DNA of 64,000 bases from the NCBI GenBank assembly GCA_965212055.1, contig OZ243041.1:192001-256000 (forward strand). The letters are read 5' to 3'. Origin of the DNA: Fidelibacterota bacterium. GTDB lineage: Bacteria; Fidelibacterota; Marinisomatia; Marinisomatales; Marinisomataceae. Positions 11,143 to 20,269 of this stretch are shown one piece after another. The position numbers were made by a program, and so were the translations under genes. The first letter of the stretch is position 1. Each line of letters starts with the position of its first letter. The notes beneath the pieces are model-generated. The model did not search any database and was not told the DNA's origin. It worked only from the letters and a program-made list of their open reading frames with translations.

Positions 11143-11937
11143 ATGGACTTGAATAATATTTATATTGGATTTGCATTAGCCACCTTTGCTGGATTGAGCA
11201 CAGGGATTGGTAGTTTCCTAGGATTATACTCAAAATTTGAGAATAAAAGATTGCTATCACTGGCTCTTGGATTTTCAGCTGGAGTAATGATTTATGTTTC
11301 TTTTATGGAACTCCTTCTGCTTTCTTTTGATTCATTGGGAGGACTATATGGAGATACTTTTGGAAAATTAGTTGGGGTTACTTCCTTTATAATGGGACTA
11401 TCAATTATGTTCTTTATCGACCAATTATTTGACCACCATTCAATAGCTGATTTTATTGCACGATCTTCCAATAAAGATGAATCATTGTTAATCCGTACCG
11501 GAGTATTTTCTGCACTTGCGTTAGCTATTCATAATTTTCCAGAAGGATTTGCAACATTCACAGCTGCAGTATATGATCCAACCGTTGGAGCAACTCTTGC
11601 AATTGCTATTGCAATCCATAATATCCCTGAAGGGTTAGCAGTTTCAGTTCCTATTTATTATGCTACTAAGAGTAAAAGTAAAGCATTCTGGGTGTCGTTT
11701 GCGTCAGGTCTTGCTGAACCTGTTGGTGCATTGATTGGATTCTTGATTTTTCGTACTGTATATAATGACGCATTATTTGGAGTATCTTTTGCTTTTTGTG
11801 CTGGTATTATGATCTATGTAGCTTTAAATGAACTATTGCCTGTATCAAGAGAGTATGGAAAGCCTAGCGATCCTATTATAGGCGTAACTGCTGGAATAAT
11901 TGTGATGGCAATAAGTTTAATATTAATGTATGCCTAG
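11143..11937 (+). CDS. zupT: ZIP family zinc transporter
   Basis: AGLSTGIG, FSAGVMIYVS, IHNFPEG and IHNIPEG motifs. Confidence 0.92.
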   Translation: MDLNNIYIGFALATFAGLSTGIGSFLGLYSKFENKRLLSLALGFSAGVMIYVSFMELLLLSFDSLGGLYGDTFGKLVGVTSFIMGLSIMFFIDQLFDHHSIADFIARSSNKDESLLIRTGVFSALALAIHNFPEGFATFTAAVYDPTVGATLAIAIAIHNIPEGLAVSVPIYYATKSKSKAFWVSFASGLAEPVGALIGFLIFRTVYNDALFGVSFAFCAGIMIYVALNELLPVSREYGKPSDPIIGVTAGIIVMAISLILMYA

Positions 11938-11942
11938 CTACC

Positions 11943-12539
11943 TTATAATAGGCTTGTAATCTCTTCGGAGAGAGGTTTTACTTTAGAATCAAAAAATCCA
12001 ACCAATTCACCTTCTTCGTTCACCAAATATTTACAGAAATTCCATGTTGGTCGTTGCGCATTCCATCCATTCAAATCTTTGTTTGTTAACCATTGATATA
12101 TTGAACTTTGTTTTTTTCCTTTTGTGGTAGTTTTTTCAAACATTGGAAATGTAATGCCGTAATTTGTTTCACAGAATTCTTCAATATCTTCATTGCTTCC
12201 AGATTCTTGATTGAAAAAATCATTTGCTGGAAACCCAAGAACAATGACTTTATCTTGATAGATATCTTGCAGTTTTTGAAGGCCTTCATATTGGTAGGTA
12301 TATCCACATTTTGATGCAACATTTACGATTAATATTTTTTTATTTTTGTATTGATCAAAACTAATTTTTTTTCCATCAATAGAAATCGCTTCTAACTCAT
12401 AAAAACTTGTTTTTGGAGCAATATTGTTTGTGTTTAAAATAATATTTTTTGCTTTCTTTTTTGCTTTGAAACTGCTTATGAATAGTGCTCCAATGCCTAT
12501 AGCAAAAATTAACAGTAAGTATGGTAATATCTTTATCAT
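11943..12539 (-). CDS. Glutathione peroxidase family protein, N-terminal anchor
   Basis: VNVASKCGYT, GFPANDF.NQE, WNFCKYLV; Cys (not Sec) active site. Confidence 0.93.
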   Translation of the reverse strand: MIKILPYLLLIFAIGIGALFISSFKAKKKAKNIILNTNNIAPKTSFYELEAISIDGKKISFDQYKNKKILIVNVASKCGYTYQYEGLQKLQDIYQDKVIVLGFPANDFFNQESGSNEDIEEFCETNYGITFPMFEKTTTKGKKQSSIYQWLTNKDLNGWNAQRPTWNFCKYLVNEEGELVGFFDSKVKPLSEEITSLL

Positions 12540-12709
12540 TATTAATGGTTATATTGTACCATGTTTTTGGTGAAAAAAGAAGAAGAATTATCTGATACAG
12601 TACAATGGATTGCAAATCATTTTGAGCAAATATTTATTATTTTTTGTATCTTTTGTGTCTTGATATCTTTATTATTTTTTTTAAGGTTATATAGGAATCG
12701 ACATCGCGA

Positions 12710-13516
12710 ATGAAAAATTATTTATTACCAATCTTGTTTTTAGTGATTTTATCATGTAACAAAACAGAGGCGTCACTTCCACCTCAAAAACAAGAAAATT
12801 CAAATGTATCTCAAGTGTCTTCACCTCAAACTAATGTGCAGACTCAAACAATTATTTTTCGTGATGCTCAAGGCAATATTTTAACAGAAAGCCAAAAAGA
12901 TAGTCTAGTTCAAAATACAGAAGGCATTCAAGCGTTAAGAAGTTTTAATGATAATAATACTGAATATATTTTATTCAAAACTTTTGATGATTTGAGAGGA
13001 TTTGTTCCAGATGATGTAATCGATAATCTAATCAGAGAAGATAAACTCAGAAAAAGCGGGGGACCGGCACAAGTTTTTAGGCAACGTTTGCTAGATAAAT
13101 GGCAAAATCAACCATTACCTGAAAAGAAATTTTCTTTAATGAGTGGAGAAGAAAAAAGTTTTTCTGATTATTCTGGTTCAATGCTTGTAGTAAATTTTTG
13201 GTATACAACTTGTGGACCATGTATCATTGAAATGCCTGTATTAAACCAATTAGTTGAGGATTATAAAGAGTCTGATATCAATTTCTTATCGTTTAGTTTT
13301 GATAAAAAAGAAGATTTAGAAATTTTCCTTAAAAATACTGAATTCAATTATGTACATGCACGAGTTGATCTAAATTTTATGTATGATTTTGATATTACTG
13401 TCTATCCAACACATTGGATTGTAGATGAAACTGGAATTATTAGAGATTTAATTGTTGGGACTTCATTAGATATCTATGATAAACTATCTTCTTCCATTGA
13501 AAAAAATAAAAAATGA
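12710..13516 (+). CDS. TlpA/ResA-like thiol-disulfide oxidoreductase lipoprotein
   Basis: Lipobox ILSC; VNFWYTTCGPC..EMP and YPT motifs. Confidence 0.85.
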   Translation: MKNYLLPILFLVILSCNKTEASLPPQKQENSNVSQVSSPQTNVQTQTIIFRDAQGNILTESQKDSLVQNTEGIQALRSFNDNNTEYILFKTFDDLRGFVPDDVIDNLIREDKLRKSGGPAQVFRQRLLDKWQNQPLPEKKFSLMSGEEKSFSDYSGSMLVVNFWYTTCGPCIIEMPVLNQLVEDYKESDINFLSFSFDKKEDLEIFLKNTEFNYVHARVDLNFMYDFDITVYPTHWIVDETGIIRDLIVGTSLDIYDKLSSSIEKNKK

Positions 13517-13551
13517 ATTTTTAATCAATTATTCATTTTGTAATATCTCTT

Positions 13552-14331
13552 ATGACAATTAAAAAATTCCTATCTGTTATCATTTTCTCAACTTTTTTAT
13601 TTGCACAAGGACATGTAGTACTTCCTGGCCAGAATGGGATTATAGCTTCTTTCGAGTATGATAGAAGTGTAGATTTTTTTGGTGAGGGTGATTTTCTAAG
13701 AGACAATTACAATAATTCAGTGAATGTTGGATATGTTTATAATGGATTATTTGGAATAGATTTTTCTTATGGATATTCATTTTTTAATAGCAAAAAGGAA
13801 TATGATGTTGCAGAAGGGGAGTTTGATTTCTCTGGTGATTTTCGATCAAATAATCCTGATTTAGGTGATCAAGGATTTTCATTGGGTTTTACTTATTACT
13901 TGAATAATAATGCCAATATGCCTGTCGATATGTTATTTGGTTTAAGATATGGAGCAAATGACTATGATAGCGATGCATTGGATGTGTTAGATCAAGACTT
14001 TCACAAAAAATATTATACTATTCAAGTAGGCGCATATAAGAATCTTGAAACGAGCGCACAATTTCGCATAGTACCAACTTTGACGTTAAACTTGATTAAT
14101 GAAAAAAATATTCACAAAGAAATAGTGATTGAAGATGATATTGCTACTGAAGACACAGTTTCAAGTACAAAAAATCATACCAACATTCAGTTTGGTTTCC
14201 CAATTGTGTTTGATCAAGGGACGGTATTAAAACAATCGATAAATACACAGTTTATTGTTGAACCCACTCTATCTAGAGTTTTTGGGGAAACACATTTTGG
14301 ATTTAAAGTGAGTTTCTTGTTTAATAACTAA
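13552..14331 (+). CDS. Putative outer-membrane beta-barrel protein
   Basis: Signal peptide, alternating aromatic/Gly strands, C-terminal FGFKVSFLF. Confidence 0.55.
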   Translation: MTIKKFLSVIIFSTFLFAQGHVVLPGQNGIIASFEYDRSVDFFGEGDFLRDNYNNSVNVGYVYNGLFGIDFSYGYSFFNSKKEYDVAEGEFDFSGDFRSNNPDLGDQGFSLGFTYYLNNNANMPVDMLFGLRYGANDYDSDALDVLDQDFHKKYYTIQVGAYKNLETSAQFRIVPTLTLNLINEKNIHKEIVIEDDIATEDTVSSTKNHTNIQFGFPIVFDQGTVLKQSINTQFIVEPTLSRVFGETHFGFKVSFLFNN

Positions 14332-14343
14332 TTAAGAGTATTA

Positions 14344-15432
14344 TTGGCTTCTCCATTCAACATTCATAAAGACATTTCTAAAGCCGAAACACTACCTGCA
14401 TCGTTCTATAGAGATGCATCTATGTTTGAAACAATGAAAGACCAAATTTTTTTGAAATCTTGGCAATGGGTTGGAGATCAATCATTAGTAAAATTACCAA
14501 AATCTTTTTATCCGTTTGTATTATTAGATGGCTATTTAACTGAACCAATGTTACTTACTCATGATAATAGTGGTAATATCAATTGTCTTACCAATGTTTG
14601 TACGCATAGAGGGAATATATTGGCAATGTCATCAGGAAAATCAAATAAACTAACATGTGATTATCATGGAAGACGTTTTAAACTCAATGGAAAATTTGAA
14701 TCAATGCCTGAATTTGAAAAAACCAAAGATTTTCCAAGACCTTGTGATAATTTGCATCAATTTCCTTTAAAAAAATGGGGCCCATTTTTATTTGCTGGAC
14801 TTAATCCTTCCTTTGATTTTCAAAAAGTAATTGATGTAATGGATCAACGTATAGGATTTTTACCATTAGATAAATTTTCATTGGATAATACTCTGTCTAA
14901 AGAATATTTAGTTCATGCTCATTGGGCTTTATACTGTGATAATTATCTAGAGGGATTTCATATTCCATTTGTGCATCAAGGATTAAATAAAGTATTAGAT
15001 TATGGTAGTTACCAAACAGAAATATATGATTATTGTAATGTGCAGATAGGATATTCTGATGACGCAGTTGAAACCTTTGATTTTCCGAAAAATCATATGG
15101 ATTATGGTAGCAACATAGCTGCATATTATTTTTGGGTATTCCCTAATATGATGTTCAATTTCTATCCTTGGGGATTATCAATTAATATTGTTAAGCCTAT
15201 TGATATCAATACGACTAAAATATCATTCTTAAGTTATGTTTATGATAAAAATAAACTTCATAAAGGCGCTGGGAACGATTTAGATAAAGTAGAGAGGGAA
15301 GATGAATTGGTTGTTGAAAATGTGCATAAAGGAGTTCGTTCTTCATTCTATAAGGCTGGTAGATTCTCTCCGACTAGGGAATTAGGTGTTCACCATTTTC
15401 ATAGATTGCTAGCTCAATTTCTAAATAATTAA
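14344..15432 (+). CDS. Rieske non-heme oxygenase alpha subunit (choline monooxygenase-like)
   Basis: C-T-H...C-D-Y-H Rieske motif; DNYLEGFHIPFVH mononuclear Fe motif; TTG start. Confidence 0.88.
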   Translation: MASPFNIHKDISKAETLPASFYRDASMFETMKDQIFLKSWQWVGDQSLVKLPKSFYPFVLLDGYLTEPMLLTHDNSGNINCLTNVCTHRGNILAMSSGKSNKLTCDYHGRRFKLNGKFESMPEFEKTKDFPRPCDNLHQFPLKKWGPFLFAGLNPSFDFQKVIDVMDQRIGFLPLDKFSLDNTLSKEYLVHAHWALYCDNYLEGFHIPFVHQGLNKVLDYGSYQTEIYDYCNVQIGYSDDAVETFDFPKNHMDYGSNIAAYYFWVFPNMMFNFYPWGLSINIVKPIDINTTKISFLSYVYDKNKLHKGAGNDLDKVEREDELVVENVHKGVRSSFYKAGRFSPTRELGVHHFHRLLAQFLNN

Positions 15433-15474
15433 AATTGCTGAACAATAGCTGTATTATTAATTATATTAAATAAG

Positions 15475-15675
15475 ATGAAAGCAATAGCAATACTCACAGC
15501 AGTTCTTCTACTAATCAATAGTTTATATGATTTTGGCCTTTTAGTCTCAAGTTTTTGGCAGTACGGTGGTTTACCATATGGCCTAGAATATGTTATCAAT
15601 AATTTGTTATGGGTTCTAACCCAGGGTATGTTAGGTCTTTTTTTCATTCTATTTGCAACAAATTCAAAGAATTAA
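15475..15675 (+). CDS. Small hypothetical membrane protein
   Basis: 66 aa ORF with two hydrophobic segments filling the gap. Confidence 0.5.
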   Translation: MKAIAILTAVLLLINSLYDFGLLVSSFWQYGGLPYGLEYVINNLLWVLTQGMLGLFFILFATNSKN

Positions 15676-15684
15676 ATTTTATTG

Positions 15685-15756
15685 CTGGGATGGATGGATT
15701 CGAACCATCATCATCTGCGTTAACAGCGCAGCGTCTTGCCATTAGACCACATCCCA
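15685..15756 (-). tRNA. tRNA-Asn(GTT)
   Basis: Cloverleaf: TGGGATG/CATCCCA acceptor, GTCT/AGAC D stem, CTGCG-CTGTTAA-CGCAG anticodon arm, GATGG-TTCGAAT-CCATC T arm, G73; CCA not encoded. Confidence 0.93.
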
Positions 15757-15784
15757 AAACAGTTGAATATCGTTCGAATTTACC

Positions 15785-15895
15785 AAAAAAGAAAGCGGGA
15801 GATTCAGGCTTCATGATCAACATTACAAAGAGATATAATCTAATATGTTATTAAGCTTAAGAACAATCCCCCGCCTCAACTAACTCATATTGACG
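15785..15895 (-). ncRNA. Candidate structured ncRNA (long irregular hairpin, possibly 6S-like)
   Basis: 13-bp closing helix GAGGCGGGGGAUU/AAUCUCCCGCUUU pairs fully only on the minus strand (G-U pairs); inner helices, upstream promoter and downstream U tract. Confidence 0.5.
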
Positions 15896-15900
15896 TTCAA

Positions 15901-15929
15901 ATTTTATAACTTGTTTTTTTAAAAAACAA
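15901..15929 (-). promoter_or_regulatory. Putative sigma70 promoter for the hairpin RNA / tRNA-Asn
   Basis: TTGTTT-N17-TAAAAT on minus strand. Confidence 0.45.
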
Positions 15930-15930
15930 G

Positions 15931-15951
15931 AAAAAACCGACTGGTCGGTCT
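15931..15951 (-). terminator. Intrinsic terminator after tRNA-Glu (alternatively a TetR-type operator)
   Basis: AGACCGA-CCAG-TCGGTTT stem followed by T run; core palindrome ACCGAC-TG-GTCGGT at 15936-15949. Confidence 0.45.
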
Positions 15952-16000
15952 ATTTTTTTATATAATACAAATTTGATATCAAAAATCAGGAAAGGGTTTG

Positions 16001-16072
16001 CAGCCGGTAGGGGAATCGAACCCCTGTTGCATGGATGAAAACCATGAGTCCTAACCACTAGACGAACCGGCC
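16001..16072 (-). tRNA. tRNA-Glu(TTC)
   Basis: GGCCGGT/ACCGGCT acceptor, CATGG-TTTTCAT-CCATG anticodon arm, AGGGG-TTCGATT-CCCCT T arm. Confidence 0.95.
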
Positions 16073-16115
16073 AAAAAAACGTAGCTAATTTAGCTTCTGG
16101 CTAATGCATTTCCTA

Positions 16116-16424
16116 TCAATTTACATCAAGAATATCTAGCAATTCTCCATTGTCATGTAATTCTCCTGCAATATCTGCTCCCCCAATTAATTTGCCTTTG
16201 ACAAATAGTTGTGGAAAAGTTGGCCATCCAGATAATTCAGATAAATCAGGTCTCATTTGGGGATCTTCTAGAATATTTACATCTTTGTAATTAACTCCGT
16301 AGTGATTAAGGATTTGAACTACAGTATTTGAGAAACCGCATACTGGTGCGTCTTTGGTTCCCTTCATAAATAGAACAATAGCATTTTCATCTATAATTTT
16401 TTTAAATTGTTCTTTAAAATTCAT
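16116..16424 (-). CDS. grxD: Monothiol glutaredoxin
   Basis: LFMKGT...P.CGFS, WPTFPQL, GGAD. Confidence 0.96.
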   Translation of the reverse strand: MNFKEQFKKIIDENAIVLFMKGTKDAPVCGFSNTVVQILNHYGVNYKDVNILEDPQMRPDLSELSGWPTFPQLFVKGKLIGGADIAGELHDNGELLDILDVN

Positions 16425-16459
16425 GTCTTAATTTATCATATAAAGGCGAAAGAATAACA

Positions 16460-17230
16460 ATGAAATTATTTTCTTGGAATGTTAATGGTGTACGAGCTAT
16501 TGAAAAAAAGGGCTTCCTTGGTTGGATGTCTTCTACATTGCCAGATGTTCTCTGTATACAAGAAACAAAAGCTAAATTTGAACAATTACCAGATACTCTT
16601 CAGGAGATTGATGGTTATTATTCTTATTGGCATTCAGCTGAGAAATTAGGGTATAGTGGAGTAGCAACATTCTGTAAAGAAGAACCTTTACATGTTCAGT
16701 ATGGATTAGGAATTGATAAATACGATCAAGAAGGCAGAGTCTTAATCACAGAATTTGAAAATTTTTTACTCTATAATATTTATTTTCCTAATGGTCAAAA
16801 AGATGAATTTAGATTGCAATATAAACTAGATTTCTATAATGATTTACTAGCAATTCTTAATGATCAAGTTGAATCAGGCACTAATGTTGTTGTTGCTGGA
16901 GATTGGAATACTGCTCATAAACCAATTGATTTAGCAAATCCAAAAGCTAATAAAAATTATTCTGGATTTCTACCGGTAGAACGAGCACAACTTGATGAAT
17001 ATATTGAACATGGTTATGTAGATTCATTCAGATTGTTCCATGATGAACCTAATCGATATTCCTGGTGGACCTATCGTCATGGTGCTCGAGAAAGAAATAT
17101 TGGTTGGAGAATTGACTATTTTTTCACAAATCAAGAGTTTGCTAATCAAATAACAAATGCTGATATCCATGAGAATGTAATGGGATCAGATCATTGTCCT
17201 GTATCTTTAGAATTATCTGATAATCTCTAG
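16460..17230 (+). CDS. xth: Exodeoxyribonuclease III / AP endonuclease
   Basis: SWNVNG.RA, QETK, GYSGVA, GDWN.AH, GWRIDY, GSDHCP. Confidence 0.96.
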   Translation: MKLFSWNVNGVRAIEKKGFLGWMSSTLPDVLCIQETKAKFEQLPDTLQEIDGYYSYWHSAEKLGYSGVATFCKEEPLHVQYGLGIDKYDQEGRVLITEFENFLLYNIYFPNGQKDEFRLQYKLDFYNDLLAILNDQVESGTNVVVAGDWNTAHKPIDLANPKANKNYSGFLPVERAQLDEYIEHGYVDSFRLFHDEPNRYSWWTYRHGARERNIGWRIDYFFTNQEFANQITNADIHENVMGSDHCPVSLELSDNL

Positions 17231-17962
17231 AATTGAAAAATATAGACTTGCGGTATGTCCTACTCTTTCATTCTTGAGGCTATCTGGGAATTGAAAAATA
17301 ACTGAATCCTTTATTTCTCTATCATAAGGATTAAAGTCATATTTTTTGAATTGGGAATCAAATTCTTTTATATTTTGCCATCTAATAAGAGGATTTGGAA
17401 ATCCATTCTCAAATTCATTATTAAAACTATTCAAATTTTCTGGACATCTATCAAATTTTCTTTCGTAATAATTTTTTGAACTCCAAGGAACTTTATTGGT
17501 ATCAATGTAGAGAGGGGTGGCAATAATATTGAATTGGACTATATGGTTAGGAGTAAATGATTTATTTGCAAACATTGTTACAATACCGCCCATACTATGT
17601 CCAACGATATCCCATTCTTCAACATCAGGATTTTCACTAATTAGATTAGTAATGATTACAGCAAATTCTTTACCAACATCACTGGGACAACGATTCCAAT
17701 CATATTTATAAAAAAAAGTTCTATAGTTTTCTTCTACCAACATATTAAATGGTCTAACCCATTCGTGATGTATTCTCATCCAGTATGGTGGGTAATAGCC
17801 ATGGATTGCAATGATTGCTTTGTTGTTTTTGTTCTCAACAATAGTAGAAAGTCCATCTGGTAAATTGATTATATCTTTTTGAGAGTTATAAATATCCTGT
17901 GCAGAAACATTATTTACAAAAAATAGTACAAACAGTAGTGAAATTAGTCTTTGATTTATCAT
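17213..17962 (-). CDS. Secreted alpha/beta hydrolase (lipase/esterase-like)
   Basis: Signal peptide, IHG, GHSMGG nucleophile motif, IATP. Confidence 0.7.
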   Translation of the reverse strand: MINQRLISLLFVLFFVNNVSAQDIYNSQKDIINLPDGLSTIVENKNNKAIIAIHGYYPPYWMRIHHEWVRPFNMLVEENYRTFFYKYDWNRCPSDVGKEFAVIITNLISENPDVEEWDIVGHSMGGIVTMFANKSFTPNHIVQFNIIATPLYIDTNKVPWSSKNYYERKFDRCPENLNSFNNEFENGFPNPLIRWQNIKEFDSQFKKYDFNPYDREIKDSVIFQFPDSLKNERVGHTASLYFSILEIIR

Positions 17963-17985
17963 TGTATAATACTGAAATTGCGAAA

Positions 17986-18426
17986 ATGAGTTTTAAAATA
18001 CAATTGGTAAAAACAGATGATGATTACCAAAAAATTTTAGCTGTTAGAAGAAAGGTTTTTATTGAGGAACAGAATGTTTCTGAAGATATAGAAATTGAAT
18101 ATGAAAAAGAAGCAGTTCACTTTTTAGCGCTTGATAATAATGATTGTGTTGGTACAGGACGATGGAGAAAGACAGATATAGGTTTTAAATTGGAACGATT
18201 TGCCGTTTTACAACATTTAAGAGGAAAAGGCATTGGAAAAGAACTTGTGAACTTCATTTTAAATCAATTACCTGCTAATCAAACAATCTATCTACATGCA
18301 CAAGAGGATGTCATAAAATTTTATCAAAATTTGGGATTTGTCATTATTGGAGATAAATTCCTTGAGGCTGATATAGTTCATTCGAAAATGATCTACAAAC
18401 AAAAAAATAATAAATTCATTAAATGA
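17986..18426 (+). CDS. GNAT N-acetyltransferase (YjcF/ElaA-like)
   Basis: R..VF..EQ.V, RGKGIG, LHAQ...FY..LGF...F.EA.I.H; start reassigned to ATG 17986. Confidence 0.88.
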   Translation: MSFKIQLVKTDDDYQKILAVRRKVFIEEQNVSEDIEIEYEKEAVHFLALDNNDCVGTGRWRKTDIGFKLERFAVLQHLRGKGIGKELVNFILNQLPANQTIYLHAQEDVIKFYQNLGFVIIGDKFLEADIVHSKMIYKQKNNKFIK

Positions 18427-20261
18427 ACCAAAAATCTCATATTCGTTTGCTTAAAATTATTTCAGTTTATTGGCCACTTCTAGTCTTATCTATTATTGCT
18501 GCCATCTTTTTTGTTGTATTCAATAGTGCATCTATCTGGATTACTGCTACTATGATAAACAATGTTTTGATTGATTTTGAAGTTATGGTTGGACAAAACG
18601 ATGAGTTAGCGAAGAATCTGGGAAATTTATCTGCTAATGATCAATTGAAACTTTTTTCTAATCAATTACTTCTAAAAGATTCTGCAATTGAAACTATGTC
18701 TGCAGTTTGTATTGCACTTGTTGTTGTATTTGGGATAAAAAATATTGCTCTTTATATAAAAAATATTACTATTTCTGTGGTGCAATTTCGATTAATTACT
18801 GATTTAAGAAACAAACTCTACGATCATTTACATTATCTTTCATTATCCTACTTTAATAAAAATAAATCAGGTGAATTAACTGCAATTCTTGTCAGTGATG
18901 TGGACAATATGAGAAGTGCTCTTTCCACTAGTTTTCAAAAATTATTTGTCGAACCAATTAATATTATAGCTTTTTTAACATTGCTTTTTATTATTAGTCC
19001 AAAATTAACAGCGATTGCAGTTTTAGTGGTTCCGATAAGTGGTGCAATTATTTTTGGTATTGCTCGAAGTATCAGAAGAAGAGCAGCACGATCACAAGCA
19101 AAGCTTGCAGGAATCACTTCGATTATTGCAGAAACTTTAAGCTCGATAAGAATTGTGAAAGCATTTGTTATGAAGAATTATGAATTAAGACGATTCTATG
19201 CTCAAACTAAAAAGTATTATGAATTAATGCTAAAAAAAGATCGTTTACGTTTATTATCTTCTCCAATTACTGAGACTGTTGGTGCATCACTTGCTGCGTT
19301 ACTTCTTTTTATTGGAGCACAAGATGTTTTGGTTACAAAATCGATTAGTTCTGAAGATTTTATAAGGTTTATTTTATTGTTATTTAGTGTATTAGGTCCA
19401 ATAAAAAGCTTAGGAAATGTTTTTAATGAGTTACAAAATGGATTAGCGTCTGCCGATAGAGTATTTTCCATTCTTGATATTAAATCTGACATTAATGATA
19501 TAGATAATGCAGTTGAACTAAGTCAATTTGAAAATCATATTGCTTTCAAAAATGTAAGCTTCCATTATGATGAATCATCTCAAGAAGTTTTAAAGAATGT
19601 TGATTTTTCTATTAAATCAGGACAAATACTAGCGTTAGTAGGTCCTAGTGGAGCTGGAAAATCAACCTTAGTGGATTTAATTCCAAGATTCTATGATGTT
19701 ACCAGTGGAGCAATCAACATTGATGGTAAAAATATAAAAGATGTTAAGCTAGACTCGTTAAGATCATTGATGGGTATTGTAACCCAAGAAACATTTTTAT
19801 TTGATGATTCAGTAAAAGCAAATATTGCTTATGGTTTAGATTCTGTATCAGATGATGTAATTAAAAAAGCTGCAATCGCGGCTAATGCGGATGAATTTAT
19901 TGAAGAATTACCTGAAGGATACGATACAACTATTGGAGAAAGAGGTGTCAAGTTATCTGGAGGTCAACGCCAAAGAATTGCAATTGCGCGTGCCATTGTA
20001 AAAAATCCACCAATCTTGATTCTGGATGAAGCAACATCATCATTAGATACAGAATCAGAGAAAATTGTTCAAGATGCAATTGAGACATTAATGCATAATC
20101 GTACGGTTGTTGTTATAGCACACAGATTATCAACAGTGCATAACGCAGATAAGATTATTGTTCTTGATAAGGGGTTAATTGTGGATACTGGTACCCATCA
20201 GGAATTAATTAATAAAGATGGGATATATAAACAATTACACAATATGCAGTTTAAAACTTAA
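18423..20261 (+). CDS. MsbA-like ABC exporter (TMD+NBD fused)
   Basis: GPSGAGKST Walker A, LSGGQRQR signature, LDEATSSLD Walker B, N-terminal TM domain. Confidence 0.93.
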   Translation: MNQKSHIRLLKIISVYWPLLVLSIIAAIFFVVFNSASIWITATMINNVLIDFEVMVGQNDELAKNLGNLSANDQLKLFSNQLLLKDSAIETMSAVCIALVVVFGIKNIALYIKNITISVVQFRLITDLRNKLYDHLHYLSLSYFNKNKSGELTAILVSDVDNMRSALSTSFQKLFVEPINIIAFLTLLFIISPKLTAIAVLVVPISGAIIFGIARSIRRRAARSQAKLAGITSIIAETLSSIRIVKAFVMKNYELRRFYAQTKKYYELMLKKDRLRLLSSPITETVGASLAALLLFIGAQDVLVTKSISSEDFIRFILLLFSVLGPIKSLGNVFNELQNGLASADRVFSILDIKSDINDIDNAVELSQFENHIAFKNVSFHYDESSQEVLKNVDFSIKSGQILALVGPSGAGKSTLVDLIPRFYDVTSGAINIDGKNIKDVKLDSLRSLMGIVTQETFLFDDSVKANIAYGLDSVSDDVIKKAAIAANADEFIEELPEGYDTTIGERGVKLSGGQRQRIAIARAIVKNPPILILDEATSSLDTESEKIVQDAIETLMHNRTVVVIAHRLSTVHNADKIIVLDKGLIVDTGTHQELINKDGIYKQLHNMQFKT

Positions 20262-20269
20262 ATTTCATT

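Noticed and set aside
11943..12539. Selenoprotein glutathione peroxidase
   Set aside because: Active site is a normal Cys codon with no in-frame TGA.
15609..15854. 81-aa plus-strand ORF
   Set aside because: Runs antisense across tRNA-Asn and the hairpin; spurious.
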